A DNA stretch of 62,926 nt, the filler included, from Circinaria calcarea (lineage: Eukaryota), in the NCBI GenBank assembly GCA_051942165.1. It is 7 parts of 7 records of this genome, joined end to end, with 100 filler letters (N's around TTAATTAATTAA, not from the genome) between each part and the next. Parts side by side here need not be neighbours in the genome. Positions count along the whole stretch, not along the records: positions 9,012 to 17,920 come from JAVECS010001024.1; positions 18,021 to 26,924 come from JAVECS010001025.1; 5 more parts are not named here. One strand, given 5' to 3'. Position numbers and translations under genes: made by a program. Below are positions 10,684 through 23,589 of the stretch, piece by piece. Under the pieces are notes generated by a model. That model was not told where the DNA came from, searched no databases, and saw only the letters and a list, made by a program, of their open reading frames with translations. How positions within the stretch are numbered: position 1 is the stretch's first letter; each line of letters begins with the position of its first letter.

Positions 10684-12990
10684 TCATGATCCTCGAGGAT
10701 CCCGAGGTTCTCGCGTTGCTCGGCTTAAGGTCCGCTCTGGCAAAGTAGTCGAAGGTGCTGCGTGACTGGTACTATTTGCGGCAGGATCAAAGTTGTGTTC
10801 ACGTAACACATTGGCATACTTGGGTTCCTTGAGAAACTTGGGTACCGAGTCCTATAGAATCTCATAAGTTGACTTCCTTGCAAATTCCTACCCATAAGAC
10901 TCACACTGGACATCAGCTTGAAGACGGAGGTTTGCGCTTCTTTGAAAAGCGCCACAACCTCTTGTAAGCTCTTCAACATTGAATCGTCGTCACCTACGGC
11001 ACGGGTCATTCGACCAGCGAGGCTGTTTCTTAGATTATGATCGATGTTCAATTCACATGGTGAGCCAGGTGCAAGGAAAGCATTGTATAGCCCTAAACGA
11101 GATTAGTCCGAATCGGGTGATAGAGCACACAGCCATCTTACCATACGCTTGCGCGAGACTTTCTCTGATGGCATCCAATCTTGAATATTGCCCTGCCTTC
11201 TCCGAGTTATCATAAGCCTTGGTGAATTCCCGAACTTCTAAAAAGAACGCCAAGTTCTCTTCGCAATGGGTATCCCTTAAAAATTCTCTAAACAGTAACC
11301 TCAAGGCCGGGTCTCTGACTATGACAAGAAGTCTGTTGTTGTTCGAGTCTCGAGGTGCAGGTCTGCCGTCGGGTCTTGTGTTGGATTGAGATAAAGCATC
11401 ACCTCTTACATCGCCATTGGTAGTAGGTATCCACCCTGCAACCCTCTGACCTTTTTCCGTTGGAACGTATATGGCGTTCTTCGTCGGCTGAAATCTTGCT
11501 GCTCCTGGGTTCTGGTTTGCAAACACTTTATCCTCTGCTACTGCCACAATATGTCCGTGCTGCACGAAAAGACATGCCACCTCGAAAGCCTCCCGACGGT
11601 CTACCGTGGTGCAGCAATCCATCAACCAATCTATCGCAGCCTTACCAGTAAACGAATACGTATGAACGCGGTCTCCGACTTTACAATCCTTTGCCATCTT
11701 CACCCCAATCAAGCCATTGTAGAAATCGTTCAGAGATTCCGAATCGGACGTGGACGTCAATAGTTTGGTGTTGGCATTGTCTCCGGCGAATCTTCGAAAG
11801 ATAACTTCTATGGTCGCACGGTCTTGCGAAAGTTTATCTGTCGCGGCATCTCTTTCTAGAACGACCAAATGCATCGAGTTCCTCGGCGAGTCCAACACTT
11901 CGAGAACATGTCTCTGATTGATACCGTTCCGTTGACAGAATCGTGTCAACACATGCATTCCTTTCGGCGTGAGCTGCCACACTGCACCCTTCAACGGAAA
12001 TCCTTGCACAGGCTTGCCATCGGCGGTCTCGATGAAACGGGCATCTACGAAACGCAAACAAACGGAGCGAGCCATTTCCTTGGCCATGGAGAAGGTTGTC
12101 GTTGTGGTCGTGGTGACTATCCGAGATGGGTCTTTGGGATCCGGCATCCGGTTGGACTGGGAGAATTTGAGTGAGCCGAGATTGTTGATGGCCTCCTCCG
12201 ATGTGAAGGTATGTTCAATCTTCTGAAACCGAACTCGGTGTGGACCTAGAGGCAGGCTGACCATCAACGTAGAGAAGAGGTCTTTGAAGTCCCGGGTGAA
12301 GGGACGTTCTTCGTCCGTCATTCGAAGGAGCCGCGACGACGTTTGGTGCATTTTGTTATGTGAGCCTTGAGAACAAGGAGCAGCTGGCGCAGAGGGGGTC
12401 GGAGAGGGACTTCGGTCGAGCAGCCGTCGCCGATCGGTCGTAGGCAGATCCAGTGTGACTCGTGGAATTTCACTCTCGGATCGAGAGGTGTTGCGGTTGT
12501 CGGGTCGGTTGGTCACAGGCGTTGGACTTCCTTGAACTGAAGGCAATGAGGGATTGGTATTCGGGAGGATTGCGGGTGGGTCACCGGTGCTCGGGGAGCC
12601 AGATGAAGTCTGCCTGGTCAGACCGGCTGCTGAGTAAGATGACTGGAGTGAATTCGACGAGGCCCTGGTCCGGATGGCCAGGCTCGAGAAGACGCTCGAA
12701 GTCTTGTCGCGAGCTATGGAAGCTAAGGACAGGCGGTTGAATCGCGATGCAAAGTCGCCGCTAGACGTGCACTGAGCCGACGTGACAAATTGTGGTGTTT
12801 CGGCCGGCGTGGATTTCTGTACATGAGATGCGACGCTTGGCGAGGACGTGGACGTGGTCGTGGACGTGGACGAGGGAGGCGGCAAGACGTAGACGTCTCC
12901 GGAAGGCTGACGGCGTGGCTGATGTGGTTGAGATGGGGTTGAGAGTGGTACGAGAGCAGATATCGAAGGTGGAGGGTAGAAAGCCGTCAT
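10684..12990 (-). CDS. flbA: Regulator of G-protein signalling FlbA (two DEP domains plus RGS domain), 3 exons
   Basis: MHQTSSRLLRMT..RPFTRDFKDLFSTL, FSQSNRMPDPKDPSRIVTTTTTTTFSMAKEMARS, WLMDCCTTVDRRE, DPALRLLFREFLRDTHCEENLAF, YNAFLAPGSPCELNIDH, FKLMSS|DSVPKF; first ATG at 12990, spliced stop at 10684-10686. Confidence 0.95.
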
Positions 12991-15900
12991 GAAGAATGGA
13001 GAGCTGAGATCGGGGAGGGGAGGTTGAGGAAGGAAGGAAGGTTTCGGTCGTCTGGCTGCCCAAAAGCTAAGACCCACCCTCAGGGCGTTTGGTTTTGTTA
13101 CAGCAAGGAGTGGAAGCCGGTGTCGGTAGGGAGTAGGGAGCCCTTTCCTTTGCCTAGGTACACTCTACACCAGGGACCTGCGCCTGAAGATCAGACAGTC
13201 GTGGATCTGATTGGGGCAGTGATTACTCCGTACTGCTGAGCGAGTACCAGTCCCACAGGCCGAAGAATGGGAAGGTTAGGGAATGGGGAAGTTTGTGCGA
13301 TAGAACGGGAAGAATGGGGCAAGGAACGAAAGCTAACGACCTTTGACTCTAGCAGTTGGATGGGGCTTCTAGTCTCACTTCCTTTCACTTGACTTTCCGC
13401 TAATTCTGATTAAGTTCTGGCCCCCCCCTCCCTTCTCTTCGGGTTCCGCCATAACCGTGGATGGGCAAAGAAAAGACTGAATAAAATGATGGGGAGACGA
13501 GTCAGCTAATGCAAACCGCAGTCTGCAGTCCACAGAGTCATGCCAAATGTCCTGTGGCTAACGAGTTAGTGGGTCCCGTTAGCCCCTCCGTTAGCCTGAG
13601 GGAAAGACGACCACGCTGCTTCCACGAGGCACATCCCTGCTAGCCGAACTCTCGCGCCGGTAAGGCCGCACTGATAGGCTAAGGGCTCGGCGGGTATGAT
13701 GTCAGCATTCGTGCTGCGTTGCTGCAGGGATTCTCGCGGAAGCAGCCTTCGAGATTGCAGGCTCACCACCCTCGCCCCTTCATGTCATTATGATCCAAAA
13801 AATGAGCGACTGGTCGTTGAAACATGTCGCGCTGAAAGCCCCGATGTCGGCGAATAGGGTGTCGGTTGCCTGGAGAGCGAGGTATGTGAGTGAAATGAGC
13901 ACCCGCCACGATCGAGGTGGATTGTTGGAAAGGCTGCCGACCTGCACCGGTGAAGACGGAGCAGCCTAAGCTTAGCCGGGGACTAGTGGGACTAGTCGGA
14001 CACGTGGTAAGCGCCAAGATCTGAAACGTGCATTTACGCTTACATTTAGTGTAAATTTAGAAAAGGAGATTGTCGAATGGTCAGAGGCTGTTTGCTGTCG
14101 AAAGTCAGTGACATGACTAAGGGAAAGGGTTGGGACACTGCTAGCACTGTCGTTCATGTCGCCGACAGCCAGGGGCAGTCGATTGTGGCTCCATGCCTCC
14201 AGCTTCGGTAACACGGTGGGAAAAATTATTCTCACGGCAAGGAGGAGGGCTGGCAGGAGGGGAAGGGGCGGTGGCTCCGTACAGGGGGGCTGGTACCACA
14301 TGGCTGCTTGCCTTGCTGGAAAGATGATGCACCTTCAGCTCGGGCTTTTCGGGTATGCTCTCGGTCATGTTGGTGTGACCTTACCTCCGATCATGGATGC
14401 TTACCCGTTAGGTGAGAAGGGCAGTGCCGAGATGGAAATCCACACGAGTCAGGCACTCTATCAACAATCGGTACGAACCCTTGGCATGGTGATCATTAGT
14501 TTTTTTTTCTCTGCTTCCTTCACAACAGGCGGATTGGAAAACACCAAAGCCTTCGGGCAACGTGTACAGTCATGCTGCCCCCGGGCGCGACGAAAGGTGG
14601 GTTTCACCTAGGTAATCGCCACTTTCGACTAGCGCATCTGGGCTTTTCGGTCCTGTCGCACGAGATGATAATACAAGATGGAGTCAAATTACGGAGTCTC
14701 AAAGAGCTTTTTCATCCTGGTCCTTCACGTGGGCTACTGAAGCGCGGGGATCACATTGTCAGTCAGCCTGCCATGGACAAATTTCCATACAGTATGATTC
14801 CTCCTCGCTCATCCCAAATGCGGTCTACCACGTGTCAGATCTCCCATAGTGTGGATTCGATAATTACGCAGGCGTCTCAAGGAAATGATCGTTGCCTCGG
14901 GATTATCACTGTCGATTCTTCATCGGCACATCCTGCATCCTTCCTCGCCTGTGGCCTAATTTCCCAGAGATGATCACAGTGCTAACATGCTTACACATTC
15001 CTGACACAACTCCTTACTTTAGCCTGCCCCCGGACCCTCTCGTCCGACTTCGCCGTCGAGCGCACTCATCTTTGCGACTTGGCGAGCCGATCAATCTTAG
15101 GCGCATCTCTGCAAGGATACCTTCTCATTCTGCAAGTGATCGAGCACGCTTCTCCCCGAATGCCAGCAACAGTCCTGGAATCCCGGATCCACCACGTTTT
15201 TCCTCCAGACGGGGTGTGCGAGGGTGCCGCGTGTCTTCCCGTCACCTACCACGTTTCCACCTTTTGCTCATGCGCCAGACCGACATCTCATTTGCCCCGA
15301 TTTCGTGTCCCCGCTGGGATTCGTGCATGGTGGCGGCAGCGGTCTGGTATCGAGCCAAGCTCTGGGATGTTGGCCGCCCTTTATGCCTCATGCATGCTTG
15401 GTATAAAGTGTGTTTTTGGTGTCGAGCATGCCCTTGCTTCGATCAGCAGTTTTTTCCTCATTATCGATTTTTCCCCTCACTTCACGTCCTAAAAAGTAAG
15501 TTCGGATTTAGGATCTCGGTCTTGGCATCACCATTAGCGCGTGCTTGGCAAGTGAGCGGTGACTATCCGACCACCTACTTACCTTATCCGGACAGAGGAC
15601 TTTCATCCTCGGCAAGCAGTAAATTGTCATTCAATGGTCAGAGATCGCTTACCGCTTAACCTCGACTGTGTCCGTGAGGCTTTAGCGGCGTGCAAGAACC
15701 ACGAGGCTCGTGTTACAGTGATTTACCTGATAGTCGACTGCATTGCAGCAGTGGGGGTAAACTGTGACCTGTTGCTCAACTACTCCCGGTACTCAAGTCT
15801 CTGCATCTATGGATCGCGTCAATCGACAGACCCTTTAGCATTGTAGTACTTAAGAATGCCACGAGGGTCTGCAACCACCTCGGATTGCATATTCTTATCA

Positions 15901-17920
15901 CTCATCCAAAAAGTCTCGAGTACGCATACGGATAAATCCTGACTTGGACAATGCACGTCATCTGCTACGACAGGATAGTGGTTGATAAGCAGTTCAGGTA
16001 GTGTGAGGGTCCCGGCCCTTTGTGGCTGGTTGAGGATTTGTAACCCAACGTGGATTTGCATTTGCCTGTCGATTTTTAGCTACCGACTGGGTTCTTCGTG
16101 CTCTCGCACTACATGATGAGAGTTAAAGGAAATGACAGAAGGAGAAGAGAAAGGGAAAACAAGGGGACGTAACCATATACCGGCTGACTGCATGACACTC
16201 GAGTATTCGCTATTCTCAATTCCAGTCAGAATCGGGGACCATGTGCCATCAGGTTACATAACAATAGCTTCCAGCCAATGCTACAGTAAATGCTGCAAAC
16301 GCATTACTCTAACCTACCAATAGCTTTGATCGCTGTACTCAGCATTCATATCCCTATCTGGACCACAGTGATGCGTCTTACGGTCACATATCAGACATCT
16401 GATGGGATTTATCCCTTCGATTCGATACCACTCTACATGTTGTATCATGTCCACTCACTCTAACGGGTCGAGGCCTCTGCTATATTATGTCAGTTGAATT
16501 GCTGCCCACTATTAGCCCTGAATGTGCCGCTCACCGCCTTAGAGAGTAATAACCGCGTTGGCCGCCGGGTTCTCCTCCCCTATTTGGCATGATCCCCTTC
16601 TGATCTTCGGCAAGAGGGTTTTACAAGTGCGCACATGCTGATGTCCTTGGCTTCAGCGATTCAATTAATGCTGCGGAAGTAATCTCATGGGATACTACTG
16701 TATCCTTGCTCAACTCGTTGCCTAGTTCATTTGCGCTATCGCCGTATTCCACCCACCACACTATCACAGGAGATCCAGCGAACCTCAGAACAAAGCGAAT
16801 ACAGGTCCAGTGTCATCACAGTCCAACATCACCATATCCTTCCTTTATTACGCCATGTACTTTCAACCTTTCTCATTCTAGTACTACTTGTTCAAGTACT
16901 ACCCCTTTCCTCAGCTTCAATTTCCAATGCTGTCCCCTTTCTAAAGTCAAATCCCCCTGTCACCATACCGTCGTTTATTATTCTCGATATTCTCCATACT
17001 ACCATCTTCTGCCGATTCTTCAGTCTCCTATTCCCTTCTAAAGAAATTCCATCCATGGATCCCCCCATTTCCTTAAACTACTCAATCCAGCCCCTTTATT
17101 ACAACCCCCTCATCTTCTTTGCCAACAAACTCTTCTTTCCCCTTCCCCTCCTCTCATTACCACATCCCATTCACCCAGTACTTCCTGCGCTTCTTCTCCC
17201 TCCCAAATCCGTAAACCAATCCTTTCAAGCTCCTCCCCTCCCCGCCTCTCGGTAGGAAGCTACCGTATTCAGTCAAGACTATATGCACGGAAATCTATTA
17301 CGCTAACAGTTTTGAACTCTCCCTTTCTGATCCTCATTCCTGAGCCGCTTCCAGATTATCGGGTATAAGAATAGGCAAACCCTACTCTCTCCCATATCAG
17401 TCCCCCCCCCCCCCTTCCTCTCTCTTTTCTATCTCTTCGCCCAACCGAACACTCCCTTATCCGTATAAATTTACAAGTCCACGAGTCACTAAAAAAGACC
17501 ATTAAACCGATCTCCTACAGCAACCCACCATCTCCTCCCAAACACATTTCGTTGGAATGTGGTGGAAAGTGTGGGTTTCCATGCAAAAGTTCTACACACC
17601 CGCGCATTCCATGCAGAGCATTCCCGGAGGTTCATTAAAACCTTTATTTACATGTTTGCTGCTCCGCACCAAGTGGGCAAGCTGCAGGGTCATGACTATC
17701 ATAAATACTACTACAAATCCATAGTAATTCGACAACTTCAACCCATTCCATCTCCCTTCCAAATGCTTAGGCACAACGTGATCGTAGGCATTTCATCACA
17801 TTTCCAGCGTTCCTACTGCTTCTTCAAATTAACCCTTCCAAAGCTCCCTCTCCCTTTGCCCGCGTCCTCCGCACCAATCCCCCCCCAACCCTCTAACAAT
17901 CTTCCTGCCATCCCAAACTC

Positions 17921-18020
17921 NNNNNNNNNNNNNNNNNNNNNNNNNNNNNNNNNNNNNNNNNNNNTTAATTAATTAANNNNNNNNNNNNNNNNNNNNNNNN
18001 NNNNNNNNNNNNNNNNNNNN
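17921..18020. other. Artificial contig spacer
   Basis: N44-TTAATTAATTAA-N44. Confidence 0.99.
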
Positions 18021-18466
18021 TATTAAAATTTAATATTAATAAAATTTAAATCCTGAATTTTAAATAATAAATTAAATTTAATTATTTCCTACGGGGTTAT
18101 ATTTTCTTATAAAAATTTCGAATAAATTTTAAATTCCTATTTAATTTTATTTTTATTACGATATTTATATATTTTAATTATTAATATAAAACGTTTAAGA
18201 AATATCGTATTAATTTAATTAATATAAAATAAACCGAGATTATTTTATATAAATATATTATTAAGCTCCGAATATTTATTAATTATATTTAAATTCTTAA
18301 ATATCCTGATTTTCTTAGGCTTTAAATAATTATTATTATATAAGGCTGAGCCCTTCGTATATACGGCCGAGAAAGGTATTATTTTCGATTTTATATTATT
18401 AATAATAAACATCGAATAATTCCTAACGTCTTCCTAAATGCTTTTAATAAAGGTGGGATTAGTTTC
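18021..18466. repeat. AT-rich, RIP-like degenerate repeat relic
   Basis: Extremely AT-rich, TpA-rich and CpA-poor, with residual CpG; at the contig edge. Confidence 0.75.
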
Positions 18467-18471
18467 GAAAG

Positions 18472-18825
18472 TGTTACGTCCCTAGGCTTCTTAGGCAAAG
18501 GCAATGCTTAGTCACTAGTATAGGGCAGGGGCTCGGTAGATATGCACAAGGGTTTTATACCAATTACTTAGCAAGTAAGTAAATGACAATAGAAGTATAT
18601 TGCTACACTTATAAGGTCTTGACCACACAGATCAAATACTACGGAAAGGACAGAGATTATATAGATCCTTCCGAGGTTACACGAACCTTCCTAAAAGGGG
18701 TGGACGTAGTGGACGTCGTGGACGTAACCACGTCCAACACGTCCAGTACGTCCAGTACCAGAGATACCCCTGGTACGCGTATCGCCCATACCTCTTGGCA
18801 CAGCCCTGCGGGTTGCGCCATTACA
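18472..18825. mobile_element. Solo LTR (354 nt) with 5-bp target-site duplication
   Basis: Begins TGTTACG, ends CATTACA; flanked by GAAAG at 18467-18471 and 18826-18830. Confidence 0.85.
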
Positions 18826-18849
18826 GAAAGGAGGCTCGACGGAAGATTA

Positions 18850-19474
18850 TTCGACAGGAGATCGCTGGATATAAGATCGTAATCGCCGTTTGCCCTGTCG
18901 CTGGCTTTATACCTATAAATATAAAGTCTAGAGCCCGCAGCATATCCCTATTCCCTTACACTCCCAATCCACTCGAGAACATCCTAACCCCGGGGCTCAA
19001 CCAGTCGTCCAACACCACGTCCCCTTCATTCGTATATAGATTGCATAGGAACCATCCTCCTTTTTTTAATTATCCGGTAACCCGCCCAATAATTATCCCG
19101 TGCTCTTCCTTTAGCAGATAAAAGATCGAATAGAACGCAACTACCGCGTCGAAGCTGGCTGGAGGAAAGGAAAGTGCCATCATATCTGCATAGATCAATA
19201 TTGCCTGCGGGACATGTTGACGGGCCAGCTCGATCTAAGCAGAAGATATATCTACACCTATTACCCCCAGGCCTTGCGCAATCAATTGCTGGGTACAGGG
19301 CACGCCAAGGCCACAGCCCAATTCCAGCACCTTGGCGCCTGGTGGGAGCTTCGCGAGGAGCTTCTCGATGTAGGCAGCGCGGGTGGGAATGGATCGGGGC
19401 GCAAACTTGGAAAGGTATGCGGGGGCTACCTGGTCGTAGCCATGCTGGACAAGACATATCGCGTTAAAAAACAT
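18850..19474 (-). pseudogene. Class I SAM-dependent methyltransferase pseudogene with RIP-like damage
   Basis: GYDQVAPAY..LPPGAKVLELGCGLGVP..GVDISSA*IELAR..ADMMALSFPPASFDAVVAFYSIF; in-frame stops at 19235 (TAG), 19070 (TAA) and 18956 (TAA). Confidence 0.85.
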
Positions 19475-20074
19475 AGCTAGCGCTGAATTCTCTTCTCCAG
19501 TGATATTTTCGATCGCTGAGGTTTCTTTTCCCCTACCGTGTAGCCTTGGCTGTTTAAATACCGGCCAAGCCGAAAAGGCAGCAAAGAAACACTTGAGGAT
19601 GTGTGCAGTATTCCTACTTTTAGCCCCATGCCCTATATCTTTCTTGGTAGCTTTAATGCTTGCGATAATGGCAAGTATCTGATTAGAATAGCGTTAAGTT
19701 GGAAAGTTTGTGATTCCACGCAAGCCCGTCTGGTTGCTCAAACGGTATGGGCAGTTCGATGGATGGATTGCATTGTCTAAGATCAATCACGTAGCCAATG
19801 CCCTTCCACACCATTTTTGAGTTGTAGTGATATGGTTTGGTTATGCCTACGGCCACTCCTCAATCCCCTCGCCTCCCCACATATTTCGAGGCCTATGGCG
19901 GGGTCGGGCGAACGCCAGGCTCTTCATGCTGTTTGTCGGATTGGTCCGCCTAATTCACTCTACCAGACATCATCCCTGCTGATTGGCCTCGCTTGTTATT
20001 TCTTGGCGCCGCCGCCTTAAACCGCGTGCTTCTGGCTCTCTGTTATCTACACTGCATTCAGAATTGTCAAATCC

Positions 20075-20767
20075 TTGCAACTGATAAACCAGCGACAGAC
20101 CTATATTGGGTCCTGCACAGCCACTCCCATGTCTAGCAGGATGAAGCCACTTTGGTTTTATCCAAGCAGTAATGGAATACTCTTCTTTAATTATTGCCCT
20201 AATTTGTTGTCGATTGAGAATTCCATTATGTCCGCCAGGATAGACACGCTGCAAGACAGCATGGCCCAGGTAAAGCGCGAGCAAGAACTGCTTAGACGCA
20301 GCCATCAAAGCCTTCAATGCAGCCATCAGAACCTTCAAGGCAGCCATCAGAGCCTTCAATGCAGCCATCAAAGTCTTGCAGCTTGGAAGGTGGAACACTC
20401 GGCGTGGCACCACGATGTGTTTATCCGTGATGTCCTACGTCTGTTGATTATGCGCCGAACCCCTCGTGTCGAAGATGAGCTCCTGTCTTTGACCCCTAAG
20501 CCACCTGGCGCAGTTTCGAAAGAAATCCAGGCCTCGTTCCAGCGCCATAGAAGCGCCGTCAACCGCGGGGTCCACAAATGGACCTTGGCAGGCCTGTTGG
20601 CTGTACTGGAGTTTCAGCATGACGGCCTTATCGGACCTTGGATCCGCGCGTCTAATCCTGGCATTGCCACCGTGTCCCACCAGGAAGCCGTCAAGTTACT
20701 ACTTAACGTTGACTGGGATGTGGCCCACCAAATCCTGGGTGCGTGTACACGAAAAAACGACGACTAA
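20075..20767 (+). CDS. Hypothetical protein with a heptad (SHQSLQC-like) coiled-coil repeat; true start may be the ATG at about 20228
   Basis: 230-codon open frame; 21-nt tandem repeat x4 at about 20298-20380. Confidence 0.5.
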   Translation: MQLINQRQTYIGSCTATPMSSRMKPLWFYPSSNGILFFNYCPNLLSIENSIMSARIDTLQDSMAQVKREQELLRRSHQSLQCSHQNLQGSHQSLQCSHQSLAAWKVEHSAWHHDVFIRDVLRLLIMRRTPRVEDELLSLTPKPPGAVSKEIQASFQRHRSAVNRGVHKWTLAGLLAVLEFQHDGLIGPWIRASNPGIATVSHQEAVKLLLNVDWDVAHQILGACTRKNDD

Positions 20768-21969
20768 TGATTTCTAATTAACGATTTTTTTATAGGCGCC
20801 GGAGACATCGCTCTTTAAACCGTTGAAGCCATCAAAATTAGATTTAACCTCATTTTATCATGGCAACTCGACCCATCCCTTCTCCGTTAATCTTTAAGCA
20901 CAATTTCGACACATTTTCTACACCCTGGCGATAACTCTGTATATTATTTCATCCCATCCAACACCTCAAGTTCGGATTCGCTGGAGGATATATTTGCCAA
21001 ATTCATACAACAGCAACTGCAACTTCTGCGTCAGCTGCGGGAATAAGTAACAACACGCACCGACAACGAGATGTTAATTTATCGTCTTTGTTTAGCTTGG
21101 AGCTCGCAGTGCATGTAAGATTTACTCGACCGGTTTGCAATTCATCACAAGCAGACGCCTAAGCCAGTGTTCTTAAAGCACAGGAACCCCTCTACCAGAG
21201 CCAGTGGTTCTTCGGCGGTAAGTTCGGGCTTTCAGACTGGGCAAAATGGCCTAATACATAAATCAGGCCATCACCGACCTAAAGCATGGAACCAAGACCG
21301 GAATCAAAAAAGTCAACGTCGTTATTCTTCTTTGTGTCATATTCCCCGCCACAATGAATCCAATCACTCACCGCGCCCTAATCTACACGCTTTGAGCGTG
21401 TTACGACCCACGTCTCCAGTCTACGGGATAAACTTGGCGCACCCATAATACCCTGGCGTCCCCGTGCGTGGATCAGGGCAGCTTAAAGCGCGACGGTATT
21501 GTGGACCTTTGATCAACCTAGGTCCGATAGGACCACCCGGTGACAACCTGTGTAATGTTACCCGAGACTTTTTGTCCCGACGCTGGGCGGTTGGTGACCC
21601 CATTAAATCACGCCAGTATAGAGTCAGATATTCCGGGATATCCCAACCTCATCTTTTAAGGCCGGTACGGTGCCATGGGATTCAGCAGAGTTCGTCATCT
21701 CTATCTCGACTGTGGCGCATGCTGGCCAAGACTCTCTAAATTAAATTCCACGGCCCCATAGAAGAAAACCATGCTCCAAAATCCGAAAGCGGCTGGGTTG
21801 TTGGTCATGGTTGGATGGAGGATCAGAGTGGTGTACTGGTTGGTAATTGTTAAATAACACCCCAATTGTACCTTGTCACGAATTGTCCAAAGACCTTCCT
21901 TTAGCCGACCCATGCTATTTGTTCCCCTTTGTCAGCTGAGCACGACCCTAAGAGTGGGATCCAGTGCGC

Positions 21970-22547
21970 TTACAGCAGACAGAACTTCCTAGGAAGTTGA
22001 CCTTGGCGCCTCTGGAAAAGCAAGGACTCAAAAGCGATGTTTACTAGATGGGATAGGTAATCACCTGGGTGGAAGCGCCTTACGCACATGGTCACAGCAT
22101 AGAGTAACTGAATAAAGTCACACCATCCCCTCTGTACCTCGTCATACATCAAGCAAAGATCTTACTTTCCCTTGACTTGATTACAAGAGACTTGAGAGCA
22201 TGATTTATAAATACATGGTTTGTTAGGTTTCCCCCCCCCAAACACCATTCATATCCACAATCCTCAACCCACAACGGGCACCGCAAATCTCGTTTTCTAT
22301 AATTACTGCCGTTGAACCAGTCTTCAACTCCGATCTGGTCCTCATCCAACCAGTCCATATTCAAATCCGAGTTTGCCCATCTCCAATCCGATCGATGTTT
22401 CCACCCGCGGACTCTCTTGAAACTTAATTCGCTATGGTACCCAAGATCACAAAAACAGAACACGGGCGTAGCGTATCGACCCTCAGATCCCTTTGGTTGG
22501 AATAGAAGAGGTGAGATGTACAGGTCGCATATGGCATTGCATGGCAT
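21970..22547 (-). CDS. Possible small Cys/Trp-rich hypothetical gene (two adjacent ORFs, possibly spliced)
   Basis: Abutting ORFs 22149-22547 and 21970-22152 on the same strand; no motif recognised. Confidence 0.25.
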
Positions 22548-23049
22548 GAGATTTCTATCTATCTATTCTACCTATAGGGACAATATATAGCCAGAACGGA
22601 AAATAGCAGCAACATGAGTCACAGGCCCGTTTTTCGCGGACGCTGATAAATATAGGGTTCGCTTGACGCATTTTGGCTCAAATCCCTCTTTTTTTCTCTT
22701 TTCGTGTCTGTGCGTTATGTATGCATTGTGTGTATCATAAGCGCCTCAAGTAGCCGAGTCCCACTCGATTATAAAAAGCTAGTCTTCTATCACATTTAAA
22801 AGGCAAGAAATATTCAATCTTTTACTTCACTGGGTTCAGCAAGCTCAGTTTCTCACTTCAATTTTTTGAGATCATCTACAGCAAGATTACAGGTTAATCA
22901 TAGCGGAAGTTGCAGCGCAAACGCCAAGTGAGATCACAACAACCCGTAAAGACGCCCCAGCGACAGCTCAGCATGGCTTAAGAACCTCATCTCCATCGCT
23001 CGCGCCAGATGAAGAACGAAACAGACAGGACAGCCAGAGGCTTGCTGCG

Positions 23050-23315
23050 TTAGCGGCGAATAATCAAAATCATAGTGTCGTCACGGATGGTTAGGAAGGA
23101 GCCGCATAGTCCTATAACCTGCTTCAGTAATTCGACATTATCTGAAACATCCTCCGGGAATTTGATAAGACAACGAAGTTCATGTAGCGTGACGGGTTGA
23201 TAGACAGTTGTCGCCACGGCAAGGATTTGCTTACAGAGATAGACATTATCATCATCGTCCATCTCGCATATCTAATCCTTCATCCGCTCATAAAGAGAAT
23301 CGAGTCCGGAATGTC
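23050..23315 (-). pseudogene. Fragment of a HET-E-like NACHT NLR gene (post-NACHT helical/winged-helix region)
   Basis: SGLDSLYERMKD*ICEMDDDDNVYLCKQILAVATTVYQPVTLHEL...VIGLCGSFLTIRDDT matches the typical fungal NACHT-WD/ANK linker; contains a stop, and the rest of the gene is absent. Confidence 0.7.
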
Positions 23316-23589
23316 GACTCACCTGACATTTGATAATTCTTTTATATATCAGCGTTCTGCCTCCCCTAGCAAGCATATAATGAGGTTCTGCCGCAGGATG
23401 GAAGCGTCCATGGTTAAAGGCTTCACCCGAACACGGTTGGTGAAGCTAAATATATCCTGGTAATACGCGAAACGCTATATATCTCTGAACAATTCTTACG
23501 TAAGGACTGCAAGCCAAAATTCTGCAAAGTTAGTTAACCCCTCTTATCGTTGCATTTAAGCCCATAAGGCTTGTGTCAGAGAGCAAAAC

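Noticed and set aside
12991..13077. flbA N-terminal extension given in the ORF track
   Set aside because: Begins at GTG; the first in-frame ATG is at 12990
14156..17255. Several 100-255 aa ORFs upstream of flbA
   Set aside because: No motifs, often non-ATG starts, mutually overlapping; consistent with chance ORFs in intergenic or low-quality sequence
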